From assembly GCA_965246715.1 (NCBI GenBank), contig CBDFFH010000012.1, positions 64,001-128,000 of the forward strand: DNA of 64,000 bases. Direction: 5' to 3'. The position numbers and the translations under genes are program-made. A model generated the notes under the pieces. That model did not search any database. It was not told the DNA's origin and saw nothing but the letters and a program-made list of their open reading frames with translations. Shown in pieces: positions 21,039 to 30,731 of this stretch. Source of the DNA: Chamaesiphon sp. (GTDB taxonomy: Bacteria; Cyanobacteriota; Cyanobacteriia; Cyanobacteriales; Chamaesiphonaceae). How positions within the stretch are numbered: position 1 is the stretch's first letter; each line of letters starts with the position of its first letter.

Positions 21039-21444
21039 TTTTGTTCGTTCTTTGTAGATAATGTTGAAGTGATTCAAATGGAAAATTTGCACCAAAAATT
21101 AAGTCGTCACTACTATTTTTAAAAGCAAGCTCAATTGAACTTATCTGTTTTGACGTAAGATTTATAAAATAGATTGAATCGATCGATTCATATTCGACAT
21201 GATTACTAGCATCTATAAATTGCTTCAAATATATTTTTTTGCGTTTCCCAGTTTTCAATAATTTTAGCGACAAAAATACATCGCCAACAGGAATACCGAA
21301 CAATAAAGCAATTCTTCCAAAATCTATTATGGGTGCATACCATGTAGCACCATTAACAATATTATTAGGAAGACTAAAGCTACCGATAATTATTCCAAGT
21401 TGGATCGAGGCAATTATTGCCCAATTTTTAGGACTATGCTTCAT
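21031..21444 (-). CDS. Hypothetical small membrane protein (2 TM), coupled to the SPFH gene
   Basis: 137-aa ORF; its TGA overlaps the SPFH start region (ATGTTTGA). Confidence 0.65.
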   Translation of the reverse strand: MKHSPKNWAIIASIQLGIIIGSFSLPNNIVNGATWYAPIIDFGRIALLFGIPVGDVFLSLKLLKTGKRKKIYLKQFIDASNHVEYESIDSIYFINLTSKQISSIELAFKNSSDDLIFGANFPFESLQHYLQRTNKNV

Positions 21445-21714
21445 AGATATTTATCGTCAACGAAAGCACAGACAAATTGTATGTTGCATGTTATCTAAAT
21501 GATTTCCTCTGGTTTTGCTAACAATATTATTATGCCCAAAATCATTGAAAGATATCATCTATTTTATCTAAACAGCAATTGTGTAATATAGGATTGAGCC
21601 ACATAGCTCCGCTATCACTAAGCTAACCAGCTATACACGTCTCTAAATCACTTACCTGCTTAAAATCTCATTTCTTTGCCGTTTTATTCAAATCGTTTGA
21701 TTTCGATCGCTCGA

Positions 21715-21797
21715 GGTATCCGTTACTTTCTGACTTCCTGCACCGATCTATTTGGTACTCAACGCGCCAAGATGGTGCCAGCCCAAGCGCTCGATCT
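21715..21797 (+). repeat. Degenerate duplicate of the 5' end of the adjacent glnT/gmaS-like gene
   Basis: Aligns to ~22007-22090 (atccgttactttctga..caccgatctatttgg..gccaagatggtgccagccca). Confidence 0.85.
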
Positions 21798-21976
21798 CTA
21801 AATATCAAGCTACCACAGCAAATCTACATCGTACATCTCCAATATCCCATCTGCGTACACAGCACCATTCTAACATTCTTAACAGAGTAAGTATTTCAGT
21901 TCATAGCGATCGAATTAGATCGGCGCAGTCACTTATTCTAGAAATTTGACCCGATCGTCGTCTACACCCATCACCT

Positions 21977-22507
21977 ATGCTGCTATCTGAAATCGCTCGC
22001 GATCGCGGGATCCGTTACTTTCTGATTTCCTTCACCGATCTATTTGGCACCCAACGAGCCAAGATGGTGCCAGCCCAGGCGATCGATCTGATGGCAGTGG
22101 ATGGTGCGGGTTTTGCGGGTTTTGCTGCTTGGTTGGACATGACTCCCGCCGATCCCGATATTTTGGCGATGCCCGAGGCCAGTCAAATGATTCAATTGCC
22201 CTGGCAGCCGGATGTAGCTTGGTTGCCAGCGGATGTACTGACGATCGATAGACAACCGCTCAGACAAACACCTCGCTTAGTGCTCAAACGGGTGTTAGAG
22301 CAAGCCGCAGCACGGGGATATCGCGTGAACACAGGGGTAGAGTGCGAGTATTTTTTACTGAGTGCGGATGGGGAAAGGATTTTTGACGGGTTGGATCGAT
22401 CGAGTAAACCTTGCTACGACCAACAAGCATTGATGCGTCGCTTCGATATTATTGTGGGTAACTACATCCGATCGATTACTGCGTGCCTGTTCAATCTAAT
22501 TAATTAG
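21977..22507 (+). pseudogene. glnT: Truncated type III glutamate-ammonia ligase, GmaS-like (N-terminal ~160 aa only)
   Basis: GIRYFLISFTDLFG..RAKMVP, GAGFAGFAAWLD, QLPW, GVECEYF, KPCYDQ; similarity ends near 22455 and the C-terminal catalytic part is absent. Confidence 0.82.
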
Positions 22508-22605
22508 GTTTGAGATCCTGATATAGTATAAGATGTGCTCATTCTAAATTCGATCGCGGCAAGTTTTGGATCTGTAGAATTAAAGAGAAAAACTGGCAAG
22601 CAGAT

Positions 22606-22884
22606 ATGCGTCTAATTGCTATCAAAAATCTCCGCAATGAGGCTAGTCGATATCCAGATGCAAAGAAAGCGATTGAAACTTGGTATCTGATTGTAAAGAG
22701 TGCTGATTGGTCTAGTTTAGAAGATGTCCGGCAAGTGTACCGAGATGCTGAATCTGCTGGTAATTTTACTGTTTTCAATATTAAAGACAATAATTATCGC
22801 TTGATTGTGGGAATTAATTATGTAAAAGGGCGAATCTATTTTAAGTACTTTTTGACTCACGCTGAATACGATAAGGATTTTTGA
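22606..22884 (+). CDS. higB: HigB family toxin
   Basis: MRLIA..., VFNIKDNNYRLI, FLTHAEYDK. Confidence 0.9.
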   Translation: MRLIAIKNLRNEASRYPDAKKAIETWYLIVKSADWSSLEDVRQVYRDAESAGNFTVFNIKDNNYRLIVGINYVKGRIYFKYFLTHAEYDKDF

Positions 22885-22888
22885 AAAA

Positions 22889-23293
22889 ATGACCCAAATT
22901 ATTGATTTGAAAGTGTACGGTCAACTCGTTGCCGAAGTAAGCCCAAAGGTAATTGAAACTGAGGATGAGTATGAGCAATTTCTAGCTGTGGCAGAAAGGC
23001 TGACTTTCAAGCAGGTTCAAACACCTGAAGAGTTGGCATTATATGATTTAGTAACGATGTTGGTGGAAACATACGAGGCGAAACATTACCCGATCGATCG
23101 ATCGTCGCCTGTGGAAGTTTTGGAGCATATCATTGAAGCTAGTGGGATCGATCGATCCGATCTATCTGAGATTTTTGGCTCTGGTGATGCTGTGGATCGA
23201 GTTTTGGCGGGACAGGAGTTAATTAATCCCAGTCAGGCGAATGCTTTGGCACACAGATTTAAGTTGTCTCCAGAGATATTCTTGAATACCTGA
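22889..23293 (+). CDS. higA: HigA family antitoxin (HTH)
   Basis: PKVIETEDEY, LVETYE, C-terminal HTH, directly downstream of higB. Confidence 0.88.
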   Translation: MTQIIDLKVYGQLVAEVSPKVIETEDEYEQFLAVAERLTFKQVQTPEELALYDLVTMLVETYEAKHYPIDRSSPVEVLEHIIEASGIDRSDLSEIFGSGDAVDRVLAGQELINPSQANALAHRFKLSPEIFLNT

Positions 23294-24013
23294 AACCATC
23301 CGATCGATTAAAGGTATTCAGCAAGTAAGATCGAGAAATACTATTATTAAGGTACTATAAAAAAATCTATCTATGGCTATTAACACGCTTCCAGAAATAG
23401 TCAATCTACTCAAGGATACACTTCTTGCTGATGCTCAGGTGATGGAGCTAGAAATTCCTGAATCAGAAGATCGAGCTTTTGCCATCCAAATCAATCCTGA
23501 CAATGGGTATGCTGCATGGGATTTAATGTATTGCCAGATTGCTATAACTGGAAGATATCCTGTTATCGTTCAAGCTGATAGTTACTATCCAGTGATGACT
23601 AATGATGGCAAGTATGAGATGTTATTGAAAAATTGGGAAGAGGGTACTAGAGATAGTGATTTTTTTAGTCGCACTTATTATGAAGAAGATCGAAATAGAG
23701 AAGGTGGCGTTGCACCCAATCAAATCATAGAGCGATCGAAATCATTTGACGTAGATAAGTATATTGAAGCAGAAGACGAAGAATTTTTATTATGGCAGTT
23801 TAACGAAGAAGAAATAGAAGATATATTAATAGGAGAGATTGAAAGTCTGGAAGAAAAATATGGTAAAGCACCAGAGATAGAAGAGATGCTAGCAGCACTT
23901 GGATTAACTGACAAAGAATTGGGTGTAACTATTACAGGGGAGGATATCCATGAAGAAAAACTTGAGAGGTGGCTATTTGAATGGGAATTAGCTAATGGAG
24001 ATTACGAAAAAGC

Positions 24014-24840
24014 GGCGTTGCTGGATTAGGATATGATCTAAGGCGATCGAGAGAAGTAACAAGAGCAAATATCTAAATGGAATGTCCTGAATGTAGATCG
24101 TCTAATATCAATAAAAATGGGCGAATAAAGGGAAAGCAGAACCATATTTGTAAAGACTGCGGACGGCAATTTATAGATTGTTATGAAGCACACAGAGGAT
24201 ATTCACCACAAATCAAGCAGAAATGTTTGTCAATGTATGTTAATGGGATGGGATTTCGAGCAATAGAAAGAGTAATGGGTGTGCATAATACAACTGTCAT
24301 GGATTGGGTGAAGCAAGTAGGGGGAAATCTCCCAGATTACTATAATTCAGACCAAATACCAGAAGTTGGTGAGTTGGATGAGTTAGAGACGTTTGTTGGC
24401 TCAAAAAAAACAAGATCTGGCTCTGGACGGCAGTAAATCACTTTCAGATGGGTATTTTAGGATGGGTATTAGGCGACCACAGTGCTAAGACATTTAGACC
24501 GCTATGGGAGAATTTGGTAAGTACATGGAAATGTTATTTTTATGTGACGGATGGGTGGAGGGTCTATCCAATATTTATTCCAGATGGTGACCAAATCGTG
24601 AGTAAAACTTATATGACAAGAGTTGAGGGTGAAAACACTAGGCTCAGACATTACTTAGCTCGATTAAAAAGAAAAACATTATGTTATTCTAAGTGCGAAC
24701 AAATGCTAAAGCATTCTATTAGATTGTTAATTCATTATCTTAAATTTGGTGAAGTACCAACTCCTAATTCAGTTAGTTCTGGCGATCGACGGCACAGATT
24801 ACCTCTCGATCGCCAAATCATATCTTAATCCAGCAACGCC
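24014..24840 (+). mobile_element. IS1-family insertion sequence, 827 bp
   Basis: TIRs ggcgttgctggatt(a)ggatatgat / atcatatcttaatccagcaacgcc; 8-bp target duplication GAAAAAGC at 24006 and 24841. Confidence 0.95.
24077..24828 (+). CDS. IS1 transposase InsAB via -1 programmed frameshift
   Basis: InsA CPEC..CKDC zinc finger and HTH; A8C slippery site at 24403-24411 leads into KNKIWLWTA..TDGW..VEGENTRLRH. Confidence 0.9.
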
Positions 24841-25424
24841 GAAAAAGCTAGTAGTTATGAAGGTACGATTTACGAAAGAGATTGGTTAGGTGGATATTAT
24901 CAACGTCATGGACTTCCTGATTATAGTGAATATGCAATTATTCTATTCCCAACTCAAAATAGTTGGGAAGTCTTAGCTTACATGCATTGGTATGGTTCTT
25001 CAGGATCGGGTAGCGATGGGGCGATCGCTTTTCTCAAGAGATGGCATGATAAATATCAGGCGGAACTAGTATGTCATTTCGGGACAGTATTAAATCTCAA
25101 TGTTGGCAAACTTCCACAAACACCAATGGAAGCATTCAATCTAATGGTCGAGCAATATACACTTTCCGACTATGCAATGCGTCATAATTTTAATATGAGA
25201 GAATATGCTCGCTATCTAATGAAAGTCGATTATTGGTACTTTCACGATCGACCGTAAATCTTCCAGTCTAAATTAATTTGTGAGTTTTGCAGTGACCACG
25301 AGCAAAACCATGCAGAGAAATAACTTCAGTCAATTATTGTCCGATCTCAATCGATCGTTGATTTGGGATGGTTCGATCTGTGGGATGCTTCGATCGATTG
25401 CCCAAAACTTGCCCAATCTAAATG

Positions 25425-26783
25425 CTAGAAAAACTTGAGATATCGCTGAATTTCCCAATCGGAGACGTGACTGTGATACTCTTCCCACTCCTGGGTTTTA
25501 AAGTCGATATAAGTTTTGTACATCAACGATCCCATCACCTTTTCACTGAGTGGATCGGCAGCAAAAGACTCGATCGCACCTTCCAGATTCCGGGGTAAAC
25601 AGCTAATCCCCATCTTTTGCAAATCTGCCACCGAATGCTTATACATATTCTCCGTATGTGGCTCACCCGGATCGAGTCCTTCCCGAATGCCTTCGAGTCC
25701 AGCGGCTAACAGCATTGCGGCTCCTAGATAGGGATTGCTGGCAATATCCGCCGCTCGGCACTCTACCCTGCCCCCGGGTAACGGAATTCTCAGCATATTG
25801 GTGCGATTGTTATTGCCATAGCAGATGTACACGGGTGCCCAAGTAAATCCTGACATACTGCCTCTGGCGATCAGCCGCTTGTAGCTGTTGACTGTCGGTG
25901 CGATCGTCGCACAAATTGCTGGAGCATGGCGCAAAATGCCCGCAATAAACTGGTAGCCTAATTTTGACAAGCCGCAACCGCGCGGATCTTCAGATTCCTC
26001 AAATAGATTCTTGCCCGTCTCAATGTCGGCGAGGGACATATTGTAGTGGGCACCACTGCCTGTGCGATTGGCAAAGGGTTTGGGCATAAAGGTGGCGAAA
26101 AAGCCGTGTTTGCGAGCAATTTCCTTGACCATCAGCCGAAAAAACACCAGTCGATCGGCCATTTTTAGCGCATCGCAGTAAGCGAAATCGGTTTCAAACT
26201 GACCGTTGCCGTCCTCATGGTCGAAGGAATACACATCCCAGCCCATCTGATTCATCGCTTCGACGATCTCCGTCACCCAGGTGTAGTTGTCGAGTAACCC
26301 TTGGATGTCATAACAGGGTTTATCTAGGACATCTCGATCGCTAATCGGGAGCGGTTTCCCTTCAGTAGTCTCCTTGAGCATAAAGAACTCAGTTTCAATC
26401 CCTAAATTGAACTGGAAGCCCATAGCAGCCGCTTCTGCCAGTACCTTTTTCAAAATGCCGCGACAGCAAGCATCAAACGGTTTGCCCTCCAAATAGAGAT
26501 CGCTAGCAAACCACACCACTTCAGGCTTCCAAGGTAAAACGGTGGCAGTAGCCGGATCGGGCATGGCGGCAACTTCTTCATCGCTGACATCTTGCGGCAC
26601 GCCGTCTAAGGCTGCGCCTGTGAACAGTTCCGAGCCTTGCATCATCTGTCCAAAATGTGACAAGGGCACTGCTTTGGCTTTACACATCCCATGTATATCG
26701 ACAAAGCTGGCTAGCGCATACTTGATGCCTTGTGCTTCGAGGGTAGATTTGAGCGATTGGAGTTCGGGTGAGAGTTGAGTCAC
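25425..26783 (-). CDS. glnT: Type III glutamate-ammonia ligase (GlnT/GS-like gamma-glutamyl ligase)
   Basis: GIETEFF, DHEDGNGQFE, FMPKP, GSGAH, NSYKRL, NNRT, ECRAAD...NPYL. Confidence 0.9.
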   Translation of the reverse strand: MTQLSPELQSLKSTLEAQGIKYALASFVDIHGMCKAKAVPLSHFGQMMQGSELFTGAALDGVPQDVSDEEVAAMPDPATATVLPWKPEVVWFASDLYLEGKPFDACCRGILKKVLAEAAAMGFQFNLGIETEFFMLKETTEGKPLPISDRDVLDKPCYDIQGLLDNYTWVTEIVEAMNQMGWDVYSFDHEDGNGQFETDFAYCDALKMADRLVFFRLMVKEIARKHGFFATFMPKPFANRTGSGAHYNMSLADIETGKNLFEESEDPRGCGLSKLGYQFIAGILRHAPAICATIAPTVNSYKRLIARGSMSGFTWAPVYICYGNNNRTNMLRIPLPGGRVECRAADIASNPYLGAAMLLAAGLEGIREGLDPGEPHTENMYKHSVADLQKMGISCLPRNLEGAIESFAADPLSEKVMGSLMYKTYIDFKTQEWEEYHSHVSDWEIQRYLKFF

Positions 26784-26800
26784 GATCGTGCCAATGATGA

Positions 26801-27826
26801 TTATAGTGATTTGACGATCGAATCGTCATAGAGCGATTCTGACTTGAGTGGTTGCGGAATAATCTTAAATTCTTCTGCCGCCTTAGCCGTCAGTTCGAGA
26901 TTGCCAATTAGACTCTTTGGATTGCTCTTGTCAAACGCCATCGCCTTATTGGTTGCCAGATCGAACACCTTGACACCCGACAACTGTTCCTTAACTTCAG
27001 CAACAGTTACGCCCATTTTTCCACTAGCAATTTTTAGGGCTTCTGGATCTCCAGCATTAACTAGTTTGACGGCTTTATCCACAGCGCGGAAGTAGGCTTG
27101 CAGGTCTTTTTGGCGAGTTTGGATGAATTTGTCTCGCACGACCAGCACATCTGCAACCAAGTTGGTACCCTTAGTCGAAAAGACAACATTGCCGCCACCT
27201 AGCTTGGCATTTTTAGTCAGAAAAGGTTCGTAGGTAACAGCTAAATCCACCTGCTTGGCAGCAAAAGCCGTAGCCGATTCTGCTGCTGTCATATCCTTAA
27301 CCTTGAGGTCGGCTTCTGTTAAACCAGCCTGTTTTAAATAAGCTTGGAGCAAGACTTTTGTAAACAGTAAGTTTTCCCTAGCGAGACTTTTACCTTTGGC
27401 ATCTTTAGGGGTTGCAATATTCTTACCGATAATCCCGTCGGCACCATCGGAATAATCCACGAGATAAACGATCTTCAGTGAGGGATCTTTTGCTGCTGCC
27501 TGAATTGCATCACCAGAAGTCAACCAGGCAATATCCAACTTCCCGGCTAACATCGCCGTGATTTCTTCAGTGGCACTTTGAAAAAATATTTCCTGAACAT
27601 TCAAGCCTTCTTTGGTAAATAACTCCTGTTTCGTCGCTACATAGTGGCTAGAGTAACCGACCCAGCTATTGAGTCCTGAGGCGATCGGTTGGGATGAAGC
27701 TGCTGGCGTGGAACTAGCACTAGGAGCGGTAGTGGTTGTATTCGGTTGCTGTGTACAAGCAATAGTTAAGGTGAAAGCAATCAAAGCTAAAAAAGTCCAG
27801 CGCAGCCAAGAAGATAGTTTGAGCAT
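26801..27826 (-). CDS. ABC transporter substrate-binding lipoprotein (NMT1/SsuA-like)
   Basis: Lipobox LTIAC; DYSDGADG, TYEPF motifs. Confidence 0.9.
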   Translation of the reverse strand: MLKLSSWLRWTFLALIAFTLTIACTQQPNTTTTAPSASSTPAASSQPIASGLNSWVGYSSHYVATKQELFTKEGLNVQEIFFQSATEEITAMLAGKLDIAWLTSGDAIQAAAKDPSLKIVYLVDYSDGADGIIGKNIATPKDAKGKSLARENLLFTKVLLQAYLKQAGLTEADLKVKDMTAAESATAFAAKQVDLAVTYEPFLTKNAKLGGGNVVFSTKGTNLVADVLVVRDKFIQTRQKDLQAYFRAVDKAVKLVNAGDPEALKIASGKMGVTVAEVKEQLSGVKVFDLATNKAMAFDKSNPKSLIGNLELTAKAAEEFKIIPQPLKSESLYDDSIVKSL

Positions 27827-27918
27827 GAAGATAGATAAATAATGGAGCAATTAAATAAATAAGATGCAGCTTAAATCCTGAAAATAGAGCTAAATACTGG
27901 ATCGATTTCAGTAATAAA

Positions 27919-28815
27919 TTAATGACGTACTTGGTCTGCCCAAGGTGTGAGTCTGCGGGATAACCATTTCAATCCATAGTCAATTGCTAAACCGATCGCA
28001 CCAATTAAGACAATACAAAATAGGACTTTATCAGTTTGTAAAAACCGTTGGGACTGGATAATCTTAAAACCCAGCCCATTTTGAGCAGCCAATAATTCGG
28101 CAATCACCACGAAGTTCCAAGCCCCAGAAATGTTCACGCGGAGCGTGTCGAGCACACTTGGAAAAGTAGCTGGTACAATCACCTTCCACAAAACATCCCA
28201 ACGACTGGCACCCATCGTATAGGCGACATTAATCATCTCGTTGGGAATGAACTTGACTGCATCAGCCACCATAATGATGTTGTAAAGCACTACTCCCAAA
28301 CTAATAATTAGAATTTTTGACGGTTCCCCCAATCCCACCCAGATGATAATCAGCGGTACAAAGCCCGTAATCGGCATATAGCGCACCGTGCCGACGATCG
28401 GCGAGAATAGGCTATCCATGCTGTAAAAAGTCCCGATCGCTAATCCCACGGGTACGCCAATTAAGGCCGCCAGCATAAAACCAGCAAACACCCGACCGCA
28501 ACTAGCTAACACATCTCCACCTAGGTCGTTTTCGGCGAACATGGTGAATCCGGCAGTTAGCACGGCTAAAGGAGTGGGTAAAAAAGTCGATGGCACGAGT
28601 TGGAGCGAACTGGCGATCGTCCACAGCGTCAGCGGTATGAGCAAAGACGAGGCTACAAGTAACACCGACAACCGTTTCGGAAATCCCTGGCGGATACTCC
28701 AAAAGATTGAAGGGGAAAGGTAGCGATGTTTGCGGGTCGGCGGTTTAGGAATAGGGACGGAAATGGATTCAATCACTACAATTAACTCTAATGAAGGACT
28801 TGTGGTTAGATGCAA
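27919..28815 (-). CDS. ABC transporter permease (SsuC/TauC-like)
   Basis: FLPTP, RYMP, EAA-like AYTMGAS, AELLAAQNGLG. Confidence 0.92.
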   Translation of the reverse strand: MHLTTSPSLELIVVIESISVPIPKPPTRKHRYLSPSIFWSIRQGFPKRLSVLLVASSLLIPLTLWTIASSLQLVPSTFLPTPLAVLTAGFTMFAENDLGGDVLASCGRVFAGFMLAALIGVPVGLAIGTFYSMDSLFSPIVGTVRYMPITGFVPLIIIWVGLGEPSKILIISLGVVLYNIIMVADAVKFIPNEMINVAYTMGASRWDVLWKVIVPATFPSVLDTLRVNISGAWNFVVIAELLAAQNGLGFKIIQSQRFLQTDKVLFCIVLIGAIGLAIDYGLKWLSRRLTPWADQVRH

Positions 28816-28881
28816 AATCGAGAACTGCTAATTTTTGTGAGGACATATAATAATATCTCAACTATTCAACTCGATATCCTT

Positions 28882-29658
28882 CTAAGATTTATGTTTGCGA
28901 TGAACTTCTTGTGGACATCCTGGCTGTCGGCGGCGATCGAGATATTCTCCTAAGATGTGCTGATACTTCTCTCGTCCAAAGGTTTGATAGTGTCCTGGAT
29001 AAACTATTTCAATCGGCAGCTTTTGCAGTCGTTCGTAAGTGCAGATATAGTCGGAAATATTGCTGCAATGCAGCTCGTCAAGCAATTCACCATCATAAAT
29101 TACGTCTCCAGAAAATAATGCTTGCGATCGATGGTCATATAGAGCGATACAACCCGTTGAATGTCCGGGTAAATGTAAGACTTCCAACACCCGATCGCCC
29201 AAATCTAATACGTCCCCATCTTGCAAAATTTGGGTAGGTTCGGCAGCTCGAAAAGTGTATTGTTCCACGCTAAAACCAGGATGAGGCACTCGATCGAAAT
29301 GGTCTGGATGAATCCAGCCTGGTTGAGCGCAGAGGGCTTCATGAGCATCTCCCTCCCGCAAGGCTTGCGCTTCTGCGGCATGGATGGCACGACGATCGAA
29401 TTCATGAATTCCCCCCGCATGGTCGAAATGGATATGGGAAGCGATCGCCAGTAATGGTTTATCGATTAATTCTGCGATATGTTCGCGCAGGCTGGCTACT
29501 CCCAAACCCGTATCCACCAACAAATCCCGATCGCGCCCTTTAATCAGCCACAGATTGGCGCGGTTGTACCAATAGTAATGAGGCTCGGTAATCAGATATA
29601 GTCCCTCTGCCATGCGTTGCGTTGCAAACCAACGATCGCAGACTTGTCTGGTTGCCAT
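28882..29658 (-). CDS. MBL-fold metallo-hydrolase
   Basis: LLVDTG, HIHFDHAGG, PGH, SGD, PGH; ATG at 29658 just after the ATPase stop with AGGAG upstream. Confidence 0.9.
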   Translation of the reverse strand: MATRQVCDRWFATQRMAEGLYLITEPHYYWYNRANLWLIKGRDRDLLVDTGLGVASLREHIAELIDKPLLAIASHIHFDHAGGIHEFDRRAIHAAEAQALREGDAHEALCAQPGWIHPDHFDRVPHPGFSVEQYTFRAAEPTQILQDGDVLDLGDRVLEVLHLPGHSTGCIALYDHRSQALFSGDVIYDGELLDELHCSNISDYICTYERLQKLPIEIVYPGHYQTFGREKYQHILGEYLDRRRQPGCPQEVHRKHKS

Positions 29659-29662
29659 CTCC

Positions 29663-30478
29663 TTACTCCTGGCGCATGACTTGCAGAACCTGTCGTTTAA
29701 TCTCGATAAACTCTGGTGACAACTTGATCTCAAGTTCGCGATGTTCGGGTAGATGGATGGGAATCTCGCTCTTAACCTGACCCGGACGACAACTCAATAC
29801 ATATATCCGTTGGGACAGATAGATAGCTTCCTCAACATCGTGAGTAATCATCAGTACCGTCACAGGGGTTTTCGACCAGAGTTCTAGTAAAAATTCTTGC
29901 ATCTGTTCTTTGGTTTGAGCGTCCAAGGCACCAAATGGTTCGTCCATCAATAGCACAGCAGGTTCGTTCGCTAAGGCTCTGGCGATCGCTACCCGCTGTT
30001 TCATCCCACCTGATAACTGCTTGGGATAACTATGGGCAAATTTTTCTAGCCCCACCACATTCAGGAAGTAACCAACCTTGTCCCGCCGATCTGCTTTAGA
30101 CATGTGCTGAAATTGCAACCCAAAGGCAATATTCTGGGCAACTGTCAACCAGGGATAGAGCGTATAACCTTGAAACACCATGCCGCGATCGGAACCAGGT
30201 TTACCCGTGACCGATCGACCATCAACTAATACCGCTCCAGATGAAGGTGGCGTAAGTCCAGCGATAATATTGAGCAAAGTTGATTTGCCACAACCAGATG
30301 CTCCGACTAGGCAAATAAATTCTCTGGGGAAGATTTCAAGATTGATATCTTGCAGCACTGTTAACTGCTGACTGTCTCGGATGAGATAGGATTTGGAAAG
30401 ATTCTCAACCGCTAGTTTTGGGGCTTGGCGATCGGGTAACTTGAGGGCAATATTTTGGGCGAGTGTGCTGCTGTTCAT
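29663..30478 (-). CDS. ABC transporter ATP-binding protein (SsuB/TauB/NrtD-like)
   Basis: GASGCGKST, LSGGMKQR, LLMDEPFGALD, ITHD. Confidence 0.95.
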   Translation of the reverse strand: MNSSTLAQNIALKLPDRQAPKLAVENLSKSYLIRDSQQLTVLQDINLEIFPREFICLVGASGCGKSTLLNIIAGLTPPSSGAVLVDGRSVTGKPGSDRGMVFQGYTLYPWLTVAQNIAFGLQFQHMSKADRRDKVGYFLNVVGLEKFAHSYPKQLSGGMKQRVAIARALANEPAVLLMDEPFGALDAQTKEQMQEFLLELWSKTPVTVLMITHDVEEAIYLSQRIYVLSCRPGQVKSEIPIHLPEHRELEIKLSPEFIEIKRQVLQVMRQE

Positions 30479-30731
30479 TGCTTATGGATAGTGATAAATC
30501 GCTAACGATTCAGAGCGTAAATGTATGTTTTCGAGAATTTCATAGATCGATCTAGGCTCTAGAATTCTTAGCCGCTCTGCACTCTGCTTTTAGTCGATCT
30601 ACTAACCTACAACTTATTAAATATCAGGATGGGGATCGCAAAATGTTCCGAACGAACAATGTTAGTGGCGAACACTCTCGATCGAGCTTTACCTGCTATT
30701 TTTTAAGACATCAATTTGCAGTTGTAAACGA

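Larger units (their letters stand above)
23373..25257 (+). pseudogene. DUF4253-like protein interrupted by IS1
   Basis: Joining 23373-24013 to 24849-25257 gives one open 349-aa frame ending LKRWHDKYQAELV...YWYFHDRP. Confidence 0.85.

Noticed and set aside
21752..21949. 65-aa ORF
   Set aside because: Begins out of frame within the duplicated glnT fragment; no coding signal
30644..30673. GTT-N7-AAC pairs as NtcA sites for the ABC operon
   Set aside because: Wrong spacing and half-sites for GTA-N8-TAC; another regulator is possible but unsupported
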